A stretch of 43,173 nt of DNA from the IMG/VR virus record IMGVR_UViG_2844449076_000006; one strand, given 5' to 3'. Below are positions 1-11,251 of the stretch, one piece after another (position 1 is the stretch's first letter; each line of letters begins with the position of its first letter). This DNA is from a virus. Taxonomy: Duplodnaviria > Heunggongvirae > Uroviricota > Caudoviricetes. Both the position numbers and the translations under genes were made by a program. The notes below the pieces were generated by a model that saw only the letters and a program-made list of their open reading frames with translations, ran no database searches and was not told where the DNA came from.

Positions 1-519
1 TTATTGGTTAGCTGAAACAGAAACAGGGGGATTGGTGGGTGTCACCTGTTGCGTCTGCTCCTGAATGACAGGCTTTATGTCATCAGGAACAACCGGCGCG
101 ACGTTGCCTTTATGCTGGCATGGCAGTAACAAGCCGTTAAACAGATCGGCAGGCAGCGGGTCCGGCAGGTTGATATCGCAATGCGCAACACCACTCCAGA
201 ACACACTCATGTGTTCGCCAGGTTTCACCCCAGCCAGATAAACATTGCCGTCATCATCGACAAGGCCCACTGTCTGCTCGTTATCATTTTTTACTTCTGC
301 GCCAAACGGAGGATGGCTGCCGTCTTGTAAACGCAGCACCGCCATCGCTTTTTGACCACTGATGACGGCAAATTTGCGGTAGCCAATCGCCCCTTCAGTT
401 AGCGTGGCTTGTACCACCGACTGGGTTGCTTCGGCGTTTTCCGGCAGTTTGTTGAGGTCGATATACGCCTGATTGCGGTAATAGTTATTGACGTCAGAAA
501 CGACGGCTTTACCAAACAT
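1..519 (-). pseudogene. Fimbrial usher-like outer-membrane protein, C-terminal fragment; upstream part replaced by IS1
   Basis: 172-aa ORF ending at the window edge with usher C-terminal-domain-like motifs (GAIGYRKF, DGSHPPFGAEV, VGLVDDDGNVYLAG, LLLPC). IS1 end lies 24 bp upstream at 543, so the gene is 5'-truncated. Family assignment from recalled motifs only. Confidence 0.4.
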
Positions 520-557
520 ATTGGTATAAACAGCAGCACCGTGGTAATGACTCCAAC

Positions 558-1061
558 TTATTGATAGTGTTTTATGTTCAGATAATGCCCGATGACTTTG
601 TCATGCAGCTCCACCGATTTTGAGAACGACAGCGACTTCCGTCCCAGCCGTGCCAGGTGCTGCCTCAGATTCAGGTTATGCCGCTCAATTCGCTGCGTAT
701 ATCGCTTGCTGATTACGTGCAGCTTTCCCTTCAGGCGGGATTCATACAGCGGCCAGCCATCCGTCATCCATATCACCACGTCAAAGGGTGACAGCAGGCT
801 CATAAGACGCCCCAGCGTCGCCATAGTGCGTTCACCGAATACGTGCGCAACAACCGTCTTCCGGAGACTGTCATACGCGTAAAACAGCCAGCGCTGGCGC
901 GATTTAGCCCCGACATAGCCCCACTGTTCGTCCATTTCCGCGCAGACGATGACGTCACTGCCCGGCTGTATGCGCGAGGTTACCGACTGCGGCCTGAGTT
1001 TTTTAAGTGACGTAAAATCGTGTTGAGGCCAACGCCCATAATGCGTGCAGTTGCCCGGCAT
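558..1061 (-). CDS. insB: IS1 transposase InsB (made as InsAB' fusion by -1 frameshift)
   Basis: 167-aa [19 protein letters not shown]...NIKHYQ overlapping insA in the -1 frame, the standard IS1 arrangement. Confidence 0.95.
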
Positions 1062-1255
1062 CCAACGCCATTCATGGCCATATCAATGATTTTCTGGTGC
1101 GTACCGGGTTGAGAAGCGGTGTAAGTGAACTGCAGTTGCCATGTTTTACGGCAGTGAGAGCAGAGATAGCGCTGATGTCCGGCAGTGCTTTTGCCGTTAC
1201 GCACCACCCCGTCAGTAGCTGAACAGGAGGGACAGCTGATAGAAACAGAAGCCAC
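980..1255 (-). CDS. insA: IS1 transposase subunit InsA
   Basis: 91-aa [46 protein letters not shown], identical to canonical InsA. Confidence 0.95.
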
Positions 1256-1943
1256 TGGAGCACCTCAAAAACACCATCATACACTAAATCAGTAAGTTGG
1301 CAGCATCACCAGCCTTCTTGAGGCTACCACCTGTTTTCAGGTGTCATTCAGACGTGATTTGCCCCAGATTGGGAAAGCACGCTTTTTTCTCAGCTATCGT
1401 CCTCTTATTTTGCCGTTACATTTCTTTTTGCATTCTAATGATTAATTTACAATAATAATATCGGTAATTATTGAGTAATAATAAATTAATTATTGCAAAT
1501 GTAATTTAATTCCATCTTCGCGTTATATTCCAATCTTTAATCTCCGCATGGAACAAGTTGCATGCGTGACTATATTAAGACGACTTATAACCACCAAAAC
1601 ATTTGCTTTGCAAGCAAAAACAGTGACCATTGACTCTAAGAAAATTCCGATCTATTGTTAGGGTCATCAAAGTTACTTAACAGTATTCCGAAATGAAAAT
1701 ACAAAGCAAGCTAATTGTCTTATTAAACATTATTATTGCATTTATATTATTTGAGCTTTTAGCTCAAAAATTTGGTTTGAGTACATTATTTTAAAGCAAG
1801 ATAAACAATATCGGGCACTCTAGTTTTTATAATTAACAATTAAACGTCCATAAAATGTTATTTACTTTTCTTCGCTATTGTCATATCTTAATATAGTGGC
1901 TTACGCCACTCTACTTTCATCACATTTTGTACGTTTATGTACT

Positions 1944-1975
1944 CGCCATGAAGCTCTTTCATGGCGATTTTTTAT
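1944..1975 (+). terminator. Predicted Rho-independent terminator in AT-rich intergenic block (approximate coordinates)
   Basis: Perfect 9-bp stem CGCCATGAA / TTCATGGCG with 4-nt loop GCTC, followed by ATTTTTTATT on the plus strand. Confidence 0.4.
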
Positions 1976-2059
1976 TCTTAATCCAAGAACATACTCCCTA
2001 CCTATAGCAAAATCACTTTTTTAACAAAAGAATAACGTATTTAGGTAATCATTACGAAT

Positions 2060-2641
2060 TTACCCTATAGGTGCTACTGGCCATTCAATATCCGGTGCAG
2101 TTGATGTATCAACACGGTTCAGCAACACCCGATACTTTTTCCAAGCTTCCAGCAACAAGGTTTCTTTCTCCGTTGCGATCTCCAGATCCACAGCATCCTG
2201 AAGCGGCGCTATATGCTCACTGGCTACCTGCATCAGGCTGTTTTTTGTTTCTTCCGCCTCCCGGATCCGGAACAGTTTTTCTGCTTCCGTATCCTTCACC
2301 CAGGCTGTGCCGTTCCACTTCTGAAACTCCCCTTCCGGGGATAACCAGGTGACATTTTCCGGTAATGAGCCGAGTTCAGAAATAAATAACGCGTCGCCGG
2401 AAGCCACGTCATAAACCGTTTTACCCCGATGATCTTCAACGAGATGCCACGATGACTCATCACTGTTGAAAACAGCCACGAAACCAGCCGGAATATCTGG
2501 CGGTGCAATATCGGTACTGTTTGCAGGCAGACCTGTATGAGGCGGAATATATGCGTCACCTTCACCAATAAATTCATTAGTTCCGGCCAGCAGGTTATAA
2601 ATTTTTATGGTCCGTGCTTGTTCACTCATTCTGAATGCCAT
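2060..2641 (-). CDS. tfa: Tail fiber assembly protein Tfa
   Basis: 193-aa ORF directly downstream of stf; size, position and C-terminal motifs match lambda-type Tfa proteins. Confidence 0.85.
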   Translation of the reverse strand: MAFRMSEQARTIKIYNLLAGTNEFIGEGDAYIPPHTGLPANSTDIAPPDIPAGFVAVFNSDESSWHLVEDHRGKTVYDVASGDALFISELGSLPENVTWLSPEGEFQKWNGTAWVKDTEAEKLFRIREAEETKNSLMQVASEHIAPLQDAVDLEIATEKETLLLEAWKKYRVLLNRVDTSTAPDIEWPVAPIG

Positions 2642-5600
2642 TATGCGAGCCTCACAATATAGTTAAATGCGATGTTTTTGACGGTGTTTTCCGCGTTACC
2701 AGCAGCGTTAACGGTGATGGTGTGTCCATGTGAACCAATCGCAACAGAGTGCGTATGAGCACCAATACCGACAGTATGCGCGTGTGCACCCGCAGATGCT
2801 GCTGTGCCGGACAGTGAGTGTGTATGGTTTCCTTCTGAAGATGATTTACCTACCCATTGGGAGGTGCCACTGGTTAATGAGCCACTGATACCAACCTGAT
2901 TAGTCCCGCTAACTTGAGTACTCCCTGCCGGAAACATTCCAGTAGGTTGACTCCCGCTATTCGTTCTGGGCCCAGTCTGACTATGTTGGTGGGCCCCAGC
3001 TGAACTTGTAGAGCCGCTCAGACTGTGCGTATGCGCCCCGGTGTTATTCGTGGATTTAGTGCCGTAATCAAACGACGATGTGGTTTTCGTCCCCAAATCC
3101 GTACTGGATGCGCTGGCGCTGTGGGTGTGCGATTTAATGCCATCCTGTTCCTGAGACAATACGGCACGACCACTGGCGGGCTTGCCCTTAATCGTCCAGC
3201 CACGCATATCAGGGATCACGCCTGACGGATAAGCGGCTGCAAGTTTCGGGTAAGCAGATTTGTCAAAAGTCTGCCCCTGCATCAGGGCATAACCAGACGG
3301 AACGGTATCTGATGGCCACGGGATTGGTGCACCGACTGGATAAAACTCTGCAGGAGGATGAGCCGAGGTGTAAAGCTGCGCCCACGGCGACCAGTTTGCG
3401 TCGGTCGTATCCCGTCGTGAACGAATAAATGCCGGAGCATGAGCACCGCTTGTACCACTCCAGCCGATGAGTAACTCACCTTCGCCAACGGCTGTCATCC
3501 CTTTCAGGTGAATGATATTTCCATACGCTGTTGGATATCCGTTGTTATACACCTCGTATAACTCAAGACCTGCTGCCCCCTGCGTATTGTCTGTCAGCGC
3601 GGCTACCCGACCTTTTGAAGCCAGATTAACTGATGATACTGCTGTTCCACCTGACGGTAGCGCCCCGATCTCTGATGCCGTTGGCTTATTTCTGGAGTTA
3701 TAGTCCCTTCGCCAGCCAGGTGAATAATCTGTTCCGTGATTAATATAGGTAAACTGGGCGTTGGTTGTTCCGCCACCGCTGGATGTGGTCGGAGTGGTAA
3801 TGCGGATCGTCATCGCTGACTTTATCCCCATTACTTCAATGACAGCTCCGGCGAGATGAATATTACCGCAGCCAGTATCAGTAATGATTTTATTATTGCC
3901 ATAAGACCAGGAACCCTTGCACATCCAGTATGGATGGTTAAATGCTCCCTGAGAATCCAGCCACTCGATAAACTGTGCAGTCGTCCAGTTTCCTGTTGTT
4001 GTGCTTACTGACCCACCGAAGGCACGGCAGGCACCAATATTTTTCGTAAAGGTGTCTTTGCCAGGGATATCCGCACCGTTCTGATCTTTCTGCAGACGTT
4101 TCTCAGCATTGTCATTGGCTGCTTTTACTGCCTTTGGCGTTGCCGCCAGCGTTTCAGACGTGCTGTTGGTCGCGCTGCTTAGCTGGATTATCCCTTTCTG
4201 TGCTGTCGTTGCATCCTGTGCGGTGTATTTCCCGTTAGCCAGGTCATACGCGGCCTTAACGGCTTTTGGTGTTGCCGCCAGTGACTCGGAAGTGCTGTTA
4301 GTCGCACTACTGAGCTGTACTATCCCCTTTTTCGTCGTGCTCGCATCCTCAAGCGCCACGGCGGATGCAATATCCTCTGCCCGTTTTGCCGCTGTCTCAG
4401 CGCGCGTTGCTGCAGATTCCGCCGTACTTTTGCTCTGAGCTGCTGCCGTCGCACTACCAGCAGCCTCTGTCGCCTTCGTGGATGCCGTCGTGGCGCTGCC
4501 CTTCGCTGCTGACGCCTGTCTGGTCGCCTCATCTTTTGAAGCAGACGCCGATGATGCCGATGACGCCGCCGAACTGGCGGACGATGCGGCAGCCGTTTTT
4601 GAGGATTCTGCACGGGTTTCCGACGCTTTCGCGTTCGTTTCGGATGTCTTCGCTGCGGAAGCTGACCTCGCTGCTGCCGTGGCCTGCTCAGTGGCTTCGC
4701 CAGCCTTCGTTGTGGCTGTTGAAGCGGATGATGCGGCGCTTTCTGCCGATTTTCCGGCGGCGGTGGCACTGGCTGAGGCCTGCCCGGCACTTGTTGACGC
4801 GGCGCTGGCAGACGACGCAGCCGCTGTTTTTGAGCCTGCCGCAGCTGAGGCACTCTGTCCCGCTGCCGTTTCAGAAGACCTGGCGTTCGTCTCGGACGTT
4901 TTGGCCGCCTTCGCAGAATTTGCAGCCGCCGTCGCCGAGGAAGCTGCGCTACTGGCGCTTGATGATGCGTTCGTTTCTGATGATTTTGCCGCCTCTTTTG
5001 AAGCCGACGCATCCCGGGCTGAGGTGGCAGCTTCTGACGCTTTCGTGGTCGCGGTGGATGCAGAAGTGGCTGCTGATTGTTGTGACGCTGCCGCATTCGT
5101 TTCTAACGTTTTCGCCGCACCGGCACTGGTAGCCGCCGCGCTTTTTGAGGACTCTGCAGCGGCAGCACTTTTTGAGGCTTCAGTGGCCTTTGTTGATGCC
5201 GTTCCTGCGCTGGAAGACGCTGACTGAGCCGACGAAGCGGCCTGTCCGGCTGACGTGCTGGCTGCACGTGCTGAATCTGCAGCATCAGTCGCATGGGTTG
5301 CCGCCTCACGGGCTGATGTGCTGGCATCGCTGGCTGATTTCTTCGCGGCTGCCGTGTTCTGTGCCACCGCGGACGCGTTACGCGCCACCTCTTCCACCAT
5401 CAGCTCAAAACGGCGCAGTGCCTCCGGACGGGCATCATCCTCCGTCATGGCACCGAGAAAATCATTCAGCGTACCGGGTCGGGAATCTTCATACACGGTG
5501 ATGGTCCCGGCATGTGACGGCGGGAATCCTTCCACCAACAGAATAACGCTGTACTGACCGTACTCAACGTCCATGCTGTAACGCCCGGCTTCATCCGGAT

Positions 5601-5724
5601 TTTCTGAGGCCAGCGTGTTCACCACCACCGTGGTGCTGTTACGTTTTGCTTTCAGCTGGATTGTGCAGTTCTGTACCGGTTTTCCTGTGCCGTCTTTCAG
5701 TACACCTGAAATCTTTACTGCCAT
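2641..5724 (-). CDS. stf: Side tail fiber protein Stf
   Basis: Starts [26 protein letters not shown] and ends [31 protein letters not shown], both as in lambda Stf; long Ala/Ser/Thr-rich central repeat region. Start trimmed to the MAVKISG methionine. Confidence 0.9.
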   Translation of the reverse strand: MAVKISGVLKDGTGKPVQNCTIQLKAKRNSTTVVVNTLASENPDEAGRYSMDVEYGQYSVILLVEGFPPSHAGTITVYEDSRPGTLNDFLGAMTEDDARPEALRRFELMVEEVARNASAVAQNTAAAKKSASDASTSAREAATHATDAADSARAASTSAGQAASSAQSASSSAGTASTKATEASKSAAAAESSKSAAATSAGAAKTLETNAAASQQSAATSASTATTKASEAATSARDASASKEAAKSSETNASSSASSAASSATAAANSAKAAKTSETNARSSETAAGQSASAAAGSKTAAASSASAASTSAGQASASATAAGKSAESAASSASTATTKAGEATEQATAAARSASAAKTSETNAKASETRAESSKTAAASSASSAASSASSASASKDEATRQASAAKGSATTASTKATEAAGSATAAAQSKSTAESAATRAETAAKRAEDIASAVALEDASTTKKGIVQLSSATNSTSESLAATPKAVKAAYDLANGKYTAQDATTAQKGIIQLSSATNSTSETLAATPKAVKAANDNAEKRLQKDQNGADIPGKDTFTKNIGACRAFGGSVSTTTGNWTTAQFIEWLDSQGAFNHPYWMCKGSWSYGNNKIITDTGCGNIHLAGAVIEVMGIKSAMTIRITTPTTSSGGGTTNAQFTYINHGTDYSPGWRRDYNSRNKPTASEIGALPSGGTAVSSVNLASKGRVAALTDNTQGAAGLELYEVYNNGYPTAYGNIIHLKGMTAVGEGELLIGWSGTSGAHAPAFIRSRRDTTDANWSPWAQLYTSAHPPAEFYPVGAPIPWPSDTVPSGYALMQGQTFDKSAYPKLAAAYPSGVIPDMRGWTIKGKPASGRAVLSQEQDGIKSHTHSASASSTDLGTKTTSSFDYGTKSTNNTGAHTHSLSGSTSSAGAHQHSQTGPRTNSGSQPTGMFPAGSTQVSGTNQVGISGSLTSGTSQWVGKSSSEGNHTHSLSGTAASAGAHAHTVGIGAHTHSVAIGSHGHTITVNAAGNAENTVKNIAFNYIVRLA

Positions 5725-5822
5725 ATTCACCCCACAAAAAAGCCCGCCTGAACCGGCGGGCTGTCATAACACTGTGTTACCTGGCTAATCAGAATTTATA
5801 ACCGACACCCACGATGAAACCG

Positions 5823-6305
5823 TCAGTGCGCCAGAGACGTGTTGCTGTGGCGACCGTCATCACTTCCGGTCAGCACATCGTGCGTTTTCCCCTTATTGTC
5901 AGTTACGCGGATATAATCCCCGGAAAAAGTCGACACACGGCTGTAAGCCACACCCGCCATCGCATACGCGCTGAACCATTCATTCACGCGCACAGACGGC
6001 CCCGCCATCACGCTGAACCAGCGGTTACGCACGGAATCTTCATGCCAGCGGGTATCGCTGTAACGGGTCAGCTGGCGATTCTTGTCTCCTGCATAGCTGA
6101 ATGACGTCACCAGCCCCAGCGTATCCGTAAACTCATAACGGTATTTCACGTTAATCCCGTTCAGATCATCACTGCCGGGAACGTTGGTCCGGGCATGAAG
6201 ATACCCCGCGCTCAGCGTGGACTGATGTTCAGACGCCCATGCAGGCGCACCGGATACGGCCAGGCAAATGGCTGCGGACAAAATGGCTGCACAAACTTTA
6301 CGCAT
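5823..6305 (-). pseudogene. lom: Lom/Ail-family outer-membrane protein, C-terminally truncated by an out-of-frame internal deletion
   Basis: 160-aa ORF with signal peptide and Lom-like core (GINVKYRYE, SAYAMAGVA). It stops after SNTSLAH; the conserved Lom C-terminus WRTDGFIVGVGYKF-stop is encoded just after, in a different frame, ending near 5789. Confidence 0.75.
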
Positions 6306-6375
6306 AATTACCTCTCGCTTTTCTGCAATAAAAAAGGCGTCATTCCTGACGCCATTTATTGGGGTTATAAATATT

Positions 6376-9300
6376 TCAACGAATACTGATGCCGGAAGCC
6401 GCTTTTTTGGTCACAATCACCGTACAGTCGGTGATATTGCCTGCCCCCTGATTGCCTTTCTGGAAAATCTTAAACTCCAGAGTGACGCTACCACCACCAC
6501 TAGGCATATCAATAACTGCACTGTAACTACCGGGAATGGCACCTTTAGTTTCTCTGGATGCGATTAATACGCCGTTTTTGCGAACTTCAAAACCATAACC
6601 CGTGTATCGCGTGCCTCCTGGGTTATTTCCGCTCCCCGGATCGTCATACGCTATACCGTTAAAAATAATGGGCGGAATAATAATCTGGCGGTCAAAGTTA
6701 TGATCATCGCTTATGGTGACTGTAACCGTCCCGTTTGGTGTTTCCGTGTTACCCCACGTACCAGCCTGTTTCGGAAATGATTTGGATACAGCTTTAACGA
6801 AGTCACCTCTGACCTGAGTCGCCTCCAGCATGCCCTTAATCGTACAGTTTTCATTTACCGTGACATTGTTGAGCGTCCCGGCGTTCGCATTCACACTGCC
6901 ACTGATATCCGCATTTTTAGCGGTCAGCTTTCCGTCCGGAGTCAGGGAAAATGCCGATGGATTTCCACCGCTGGTAATGGTGGGGGCCGTCAGGCGTTTC
7001 AGGAACACGTCGTTCATGAATATCTGATCGCCCTGACCAACAAACATCGGTTTTGTGTTGCCATTCGCAGGATTAACCATCGCAATCCTGTCCGCCGCCA
7101 GCAGCACCTGACTCTGCATGCCGTCAGGGGTGTTCTCAATACCGGCACCAATACCCGCGATATAAAGGCGTCCGTCCTGCATCTGCTGCAGCTTCACAGC
7201 CCACATGCTGTTCAGGTTATTATTTGTATCAACCTGAACCTTCTGTATCTGCTGAATTGCCGCACTCTGGTCTTCCAGTTTCTTATTGACGGTCTGCGTG
7301 ATTTCATTGCTGACATCCGTAATGGACGTCCTGATTTCAGCCAGGTCAGGCGCAAGCTGACCGTTATCAATCTGCGTCCACAGCTCCTGAGCCAGATGGG
7401 TTTTCCCTATCTCGCCTTTGAAAAAATCCAGATAACCGGATGCATCATCACTCGGCTGACCAACAGCCTCCACGAATGCCGATTTGCCAACGGTGTTCAC
7501 ACTGCGGATATAAAAGTAATAATCATGGCCCGGTTTGATATTGATACTGGCGGCTATCCAGTACAGCGCCGTGCCAAGATAGCGTGCTGTGGTTTCAACC
7601 TGCCTGATATCCGCAATCCGCTTTTCCGAGAACCAGAACTCAAACTGTACCGTCGGATCATAAACCGCAAGATGCGGCGTGGCGGTTATCTGAAAATAGC
7701 CCGGCGTCAGCTCAATCCGCGACAGCGCTGCCGGTGCGGCAATCCGGAACGATACCGACGCCGGATCGCCCTGCTGCCCCCACGCATTTACTGCCCGGAC
7801 TGTCAGCCTGTAGTTCCCCAGCGCCAGTTGTGTGAAGCGGTAAGTGGTTTCCGTCGTCCGGGCCGTGCTGACCAGCCGCTCACTGCCGTCATCCGCTGTT
7901 ACGGTCAGACGGAGCAGGAAGCTCACGCCCTTCACCACCTTCGGCGTGTCCCAGCGCGCCAGCACCTGATATTCCCCGCTGTCTGCGGTGACTTCGGCAG
8001 TCAGGTGCTGCACCGCTGGCGGCGTGACACCATTCACCGTGCCGCTCTGGTCGCCGTCAAAGTGCGCCCCGTTATCCACGATGGCTTCTTTTTCCGGCAC
8101 ATGCTGCACGGCGGTGATGGCATACGTGCCGTCGTCGTTCTCACGGATACTCACGCAGCGGAACAATCGCTGGTGCAGCGTCGGCAGCTTCAGCCCCCAC
8201 ACGCTGTATTCAGCAACACCGTCAGGAACACGGCTCACTTTTACCTTCACGCCGTCGGTGACGGACTGGACCTCCACGCTGACCGGATTCCCCTGCCCGT
8301 CAACCAGGCTTATCAGCGTGGTGCCGGAGGATGGCAGCGTGATTTCACGGTCGAGCGTCAGCGTCCGGGTCTGGCTGTTCACCGCCAGCACGCGCCCGCC
8401 GGTGCGGATACCGGCATAGTCATCATCGCAGATTTCAATGACATCGCCCGGTACATGACGAAGCCCTTCAGCACCCACGCTGAAATCCACGGTCTGCGTC
8501 TCCAGCAGTTCCGTTTTAATCAGCCACAGCCCGGCGCGGTGTGCCTGCCCCCGGCTGGTACAGCCAAAGGCATCCATCTTCGTGACGTTACGACCGTAAC
8601 GGACAATGGCCTGCGTATCCTCCACAAGCTCTGTCGCCGTCTCCCAGCCGTTATCCGGGTCAATCCAGTTCACCTCAACGGCATTATGGCGGTCTTTCAG
8701 GGCGCTGAAACTGTAGCGGAACGGCGCGCCATCATCCGGCATCACCACATTACTGCGGTTATAGGCCCACACCTTATCCGACTGTCGGTCCTGCACGAAC
8801 GTCAGCGTCTGCCCGTTCCATACCGGCATACAGCGCATCGCCGAGCAGAAATCACTGAGCACATCCCACGCCTTGCGCTGTGTGGTCAGCCAGGCATTAC
8901 AGGTGATGCGCGGCTCCGTGCTGCCAAAGCCGTCCGGCACCGACTGGTCACAGTACTGGCCGATGACATACAGCGCCCATTTATCCACATCTGCCGCACC
9001 AAGACGTTTCCCCATGCCATAGCGCGGATGGGTCAGCATATCCCACAGACACCAGGCCATGTTGTTGCTGTATGCCGGTTTTAACGTTCCGTCCCAGATA
9101 CCGCTGTATTGCCGCGTCTGCGGATTATAGTTCGACGGCACCTGCAGAATGCGCCCGCGAAGATGATAATTACGGCTCACCTGCTGGCTGCCGAACTGCT
9201 CCGAATCCACCTGTACGCCGACCAGTGCCGTGTTCGGGTAGCACTGTTTCACATCGATGATTTCGGTGTATGACGACCAGAGCGTTTTGTTCTGCAGCTG

Positions 9301-9873
9301 GTCTGTGGTGCTGTCCGGCGTCATTCTGCGCATCCGGATATTAAACGGGCGCGGCGGCAGGTTATCCACCACCACCGAGGCCAGATACTGCGAGGTGGTT
9401 TTGCCCTTAATGGTGATGTCTTTTTCCGTCACCCAGCCACCGTTACGCTGTATCTGAACCAGCAGGCGAACTTCAGACGGATTCCTGTCTCCCTTTGAGG
9501 TGGTTTCCACCAGTGCCTGTACACCGAAGGTAAAACGCAGTCGGTCAATGTTTGCCGACGTGATGGTCCGGGTGATCGGCGTGTCATATTTCACTTCCGT
9601 ACCCAGCACCGTCTCGGAGCCGGAGGATTCAAATCCCTCCGGCGGTGACTGCTCCTGCTCACCTGCCCGGAACACCACCGTGACGCCGGAGATGTTGGTA
9701 TTCCCCTCACTGTCCAGCACCGGCGTACTGTTCAGCAGCACGCTTTTTAATCCATCCACCGGACCTTCAACCGGCCCTTCGCTGATGGCATCGATCACAC
9801 TCAGCAGCTGCGTGGACTTCAGGTTGTCCTTCGCTTCGCGCGGGGTATGCCCCTTACTGCTGCCTTTACCCAT
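6376..9873 (-). CDS. J: Tail tip / host-specificity protein J (central tail fiber)
   Basis: 1165-aa ORF; N-terminal roughly 950 aa match lambda J as recalled ([24 protein letters not shown]...), C-terminal roughly 150-200 aa diverge. Confidence 0.95.
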   Translation of the reverse strand: MGKGSSKGHTPREAKDNLKSTQLLSVIDAISEGPVEGPVDGLKSVLLNSTPVLDSEGNTNISGVTVVFRAGEQEQSPPEGFESSGSETVLGTEVKYDTPITRTITSANIDRLRFTFGVQALVETTSKGDRNPSEVRLLVQIQRNGGWVTEKDITIKGKTTSQYLASVVVDNLPPRPFNIRMRRMTPDSTTDQLQNKTLWSSYTEIIDVKQCYPNTALVGVQVDSEQFGSQQVSRNYHLRGRILQVPSNYNPQTRQYSGIWDGTLKPAYSNNMAWCLWDMLTHPRYGMGKRLGAADVDKWALYVIGQYCDQSVPDGFGSTEPRITCNAWLTTQRKAWDVLSDFCSAMRCMPVWNGQTLTFVQDRQSDKVWAYNRSNVVMPDDGAPFRYSFSALKDRHNAVEVNWIDPDNGWETATELVEDTQAIVRYGRNVTKMDAFGCTSRGQAHRAGLWLIKTELLETQTVDFSVGAEGLRHVPGDVIEICDDDYAGIRTGGRVLAVNSQTRTLTLDREITLPSSGTTLISLVDGQGNPVSVEVQSVTDGVKVKVSRVPDGVAEYSVWGLKLPTLHQRLFRCVSIRENDDGTYAITAVQHVPEKEAIVDNGAHFDGDQSGTVNGVTPPAVQHLTAEVTADSGEYQVLARWDTPKVVKGVSFLLRLTVTADDGSERLVSTARTTETTYRFTQLALGNYRLTVRAVNAWGQQGDPASVSFRIAAPAALSRIELTPGYFQITATPHLAVYDPTVQFEFWFSEKRIADIRQVETTARYLGTALYWIAASINIKPGHDYYFYIRSVNTVGKSAFVEAVGQPSDDASGYLDFFKGEIGKTHLAQELWTQIDNGQLAPDLAEIRTSITDVSNEITQTVNKKLEDQSAAIQQIQKVQVDTNNNLNSMWAVKLQQMQDGRLYIAGIGAGIENTPDGMQSQVLLAADRIAMVNPANGNTKPMFVGQGDQIFMNDVFLKRLTAPTITSGGNPSAFSLTPDGKLTAKNADISGSVNANAGTLNNVTVNENCTIKGMLEATQVRGDFVKAVSKSFPKQAGTWGNTETPNGTVTVTISDDHNFDRQIIIPPIIFNGIAYDDPGSGNNPGGTRYTGYGFEVRKNGVLIASRETKGAIPGSYSAVIDMPSGGGSVTLEFKIFQKGNQGAGNITDCTVIVTKKAASGISIR

Positions 9874-9933
9874 TCGTCATGCTCCATAAACGATAAAACC
9901 GCCCGGAGGCGATTTCACATAAAACATTTTGCA

Positions 9934-10605
9934 TCAGCGACCAATCACCACAACCTGACCACCGTCCCCTTCGTCTGCCGTGCTGATCTCCTGAGATACC
10001 ACACGTGACCCCACGCGCATTTCACCATACAGAACAGGCATAACATTGCCCTGGGCAACCATGTTATCCAGTGAGGAGAAATAGGTGTTCTGCTTACCGT
10101 TATCCGTTGTCTGTGTGCGGGGAGTTCTGGCTTTCGGTGCCAGCATCTGAGCCACACCGCCGAGCACCATACTGGCACCGAGAGAAAACAGAATGCCGGT
10201 CATACCACCGGCACCAATGGCAGCCCCCCATGCTGCAAGGGTGGCTCCGGCGGTAAAGAATGATCCGGCAATGGCGGCTGCTCCCAGGACAATCTGGAAT
10301 ACACCACCTGACTTGGCCCCGGCGACTCTGGGAACAATATGAATCACAGCGCCGTCAGGCAGAGCCTCATGTAACTGTGCCGTTAATCCGGACGTGCTAA
10401 CATCCTGCCCGGCAATACGCACCTGATACCAGCCGTCGCTCAGCTTCTGACGAAACGCAGGGAGCTGTGTGGCCATCGCCCGGATGGCTTCGGCACCCGT
10501 TTTCACACGAAGGTCGATGCGGCGGCCAAATCGTTGCAAATCCCCGTAAAGGCAGATGCGTGCCATGCCCGGTGACGCCAGAGGGAGTGTGTGCGTCGCT
10601 GCCAT
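9934..10605 (-). CDS. I: Tail assembly protein I
   Basis: 223 aa, MAATHTLPLASPGMARICLYGDLQRFGRRIDLRV..., near-identical to lambda gpI as recalled; overlaps K as in lambda. Confidence 0.95.
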   Translation of the reverse strand: MAATHTLPLASPGMARICLYGDLQRFGRRIDLRVKTGAEAIRAMATQLPAFRQKLSDGWYQVRIAGQDVSTSGLTAQLHEALPDGAVIHIVPRVAGAKSGGVFQIVLGAAAIAGSFFTAGATLAAWGAAIGAGGMTGILFSLGASMVLGGVAQMLAPKARTPRTQTTDNGKQNTYFSSLDNMVAQGNVMPVLYGEMRVGSRVVSQEISTADEGDGGQVVVIGR

Positions 10606-11246
10606 TTGTCGGTATACCTCTCTCGTTTGCTCAGTTGTTCAGGAATATGGTGCAGCAGCTCGCCGTCACCACAGTAAATGGCGGCATGATTCGGCACCGA
10701 TGAACCAAAACAGCACAGCAGCACATCGCCCGGCTGCGCCGCTGACAACGGCACCTGATACAGCCCTGTGGCCTCCAGATTATCCAGATAGAGATTCTGA
10801 CCGTGACGCCACCAGTCATCCTCACGATGAAAATCCGGCATCTCAATCCCCGCCAGATGGTAAGCATCCCGGAACAGCGTGTAACAGTCCGTCACCCCGT
10901 GCTCAAAGCGCCGCCCGGTAAGATGTGGCACACAGCGGAACTTGTGAATCGCCCCCCGGCAGACCAGCCACCACGGCAAATCACTCTGCACCTGCAGCCG
11001 CCGGTCGGCCTCACTCAGCCAGGGCAGACCACCGGGGTGGCTGTGGACCAGTGCCACAATCTCACCCTGCATCTCTGCCTGCAGCCAGTCTTCCGGCGAC
11101 ATACGGAAATACGCCTCCGGCTCACCGGAGATATTCACGCAGGGGAAATATCTTTCCCCCTCCGGCGTTCTTACCACGAAGCCGCACGACTCCGCTGGAG
11201 CACATCGCCGGGCGTGCGCCAGAATCGCTGATTCTGTCTCTGTCAT
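10503..11246 (-). CDS. K: Tail assembly protein K
   Basis: 247 aa, MTETESAILAHARRCAPAESCGFVV..., matches lambda gpK. Confidence 0.95.
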   Translation of the reverse strand: MTETESAILAHARRCAPAESCGFVVRTPEGERYFPCVNISGEPEAYFRMSPEDWLQAEMQGEIVALVHSHPGGLPWLSEADRRLQVQSDLPWWLVCRGAIHKFRCVPHLTGRRFEHGVTDCYTLFRDAYHLAGIEMPDFHREDDWWRHGQNLYLDNLEATGLYQVPLSAAQPGDVLLCCFGSSVPNHAAIYCGDGELLHHIPEQLSKRERYTDKWQRRTHSLWRHRAWHASAFTGICNDLAAASTFV

Positions 11247-11251
11247 GGGAT

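Larger units (their letters stand above)
543..1310 (-). mobile_element. IS1: IS1 copy 1, complete 768 bp, reverse orientation, no flanking target-site duplication
   Basis: Both canonical IS1 ends present (GGTAATGACTCCAACTTATTGATAGTG at 543; reverse complement of GGTGATGCTGCCAACTTACTG ending at 1310). Flanking 9-mers differ (cagcaccgt / agccttctt). Confidence 0.95.

Noticed and set aside
592-882. 96-aa ORF antisense to insB, repeated in every IS1 copy
   Set aside because: Known shadow ORF of IS1 with no evidence of being a gene; it recurs only because the IS1 sequence recurs.
1960-1985. Sequence GATTTTTTATTCTTAA resembling the lambda attP/attB core GCTTTTTTATACTAA
   Set aside because: Only a partial match in an AT-rich context where such strings arise by chance, with no adjacent integrase or arm-type sites; it is better explained as the T-run of the predicted terminator.
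4100-5400. Repetitive Ala/Ser/Thr-rich stretch with overlapping ORFs on both strands, superficially repeat-like
   Set aside because: This is the low-complexity central region of the side tail fiber gene stf, as in lambda. There are no regularly spaced direct repeats with unique spacers, so it is not a CRISPR array or tandem repeat element.
7396-9084. 562-aa plus-strand ORF (and several other long plus-strand ORFs between 3000 and 24600) overlapping the tail and head genes
   Set aside because: They run antisense to ORFs with unambiguous lambda structural-protein sequence, are Arg/Pro/His-rich with no recognisable domains, and are the usual shadow frames of GC-rich coding DNA.
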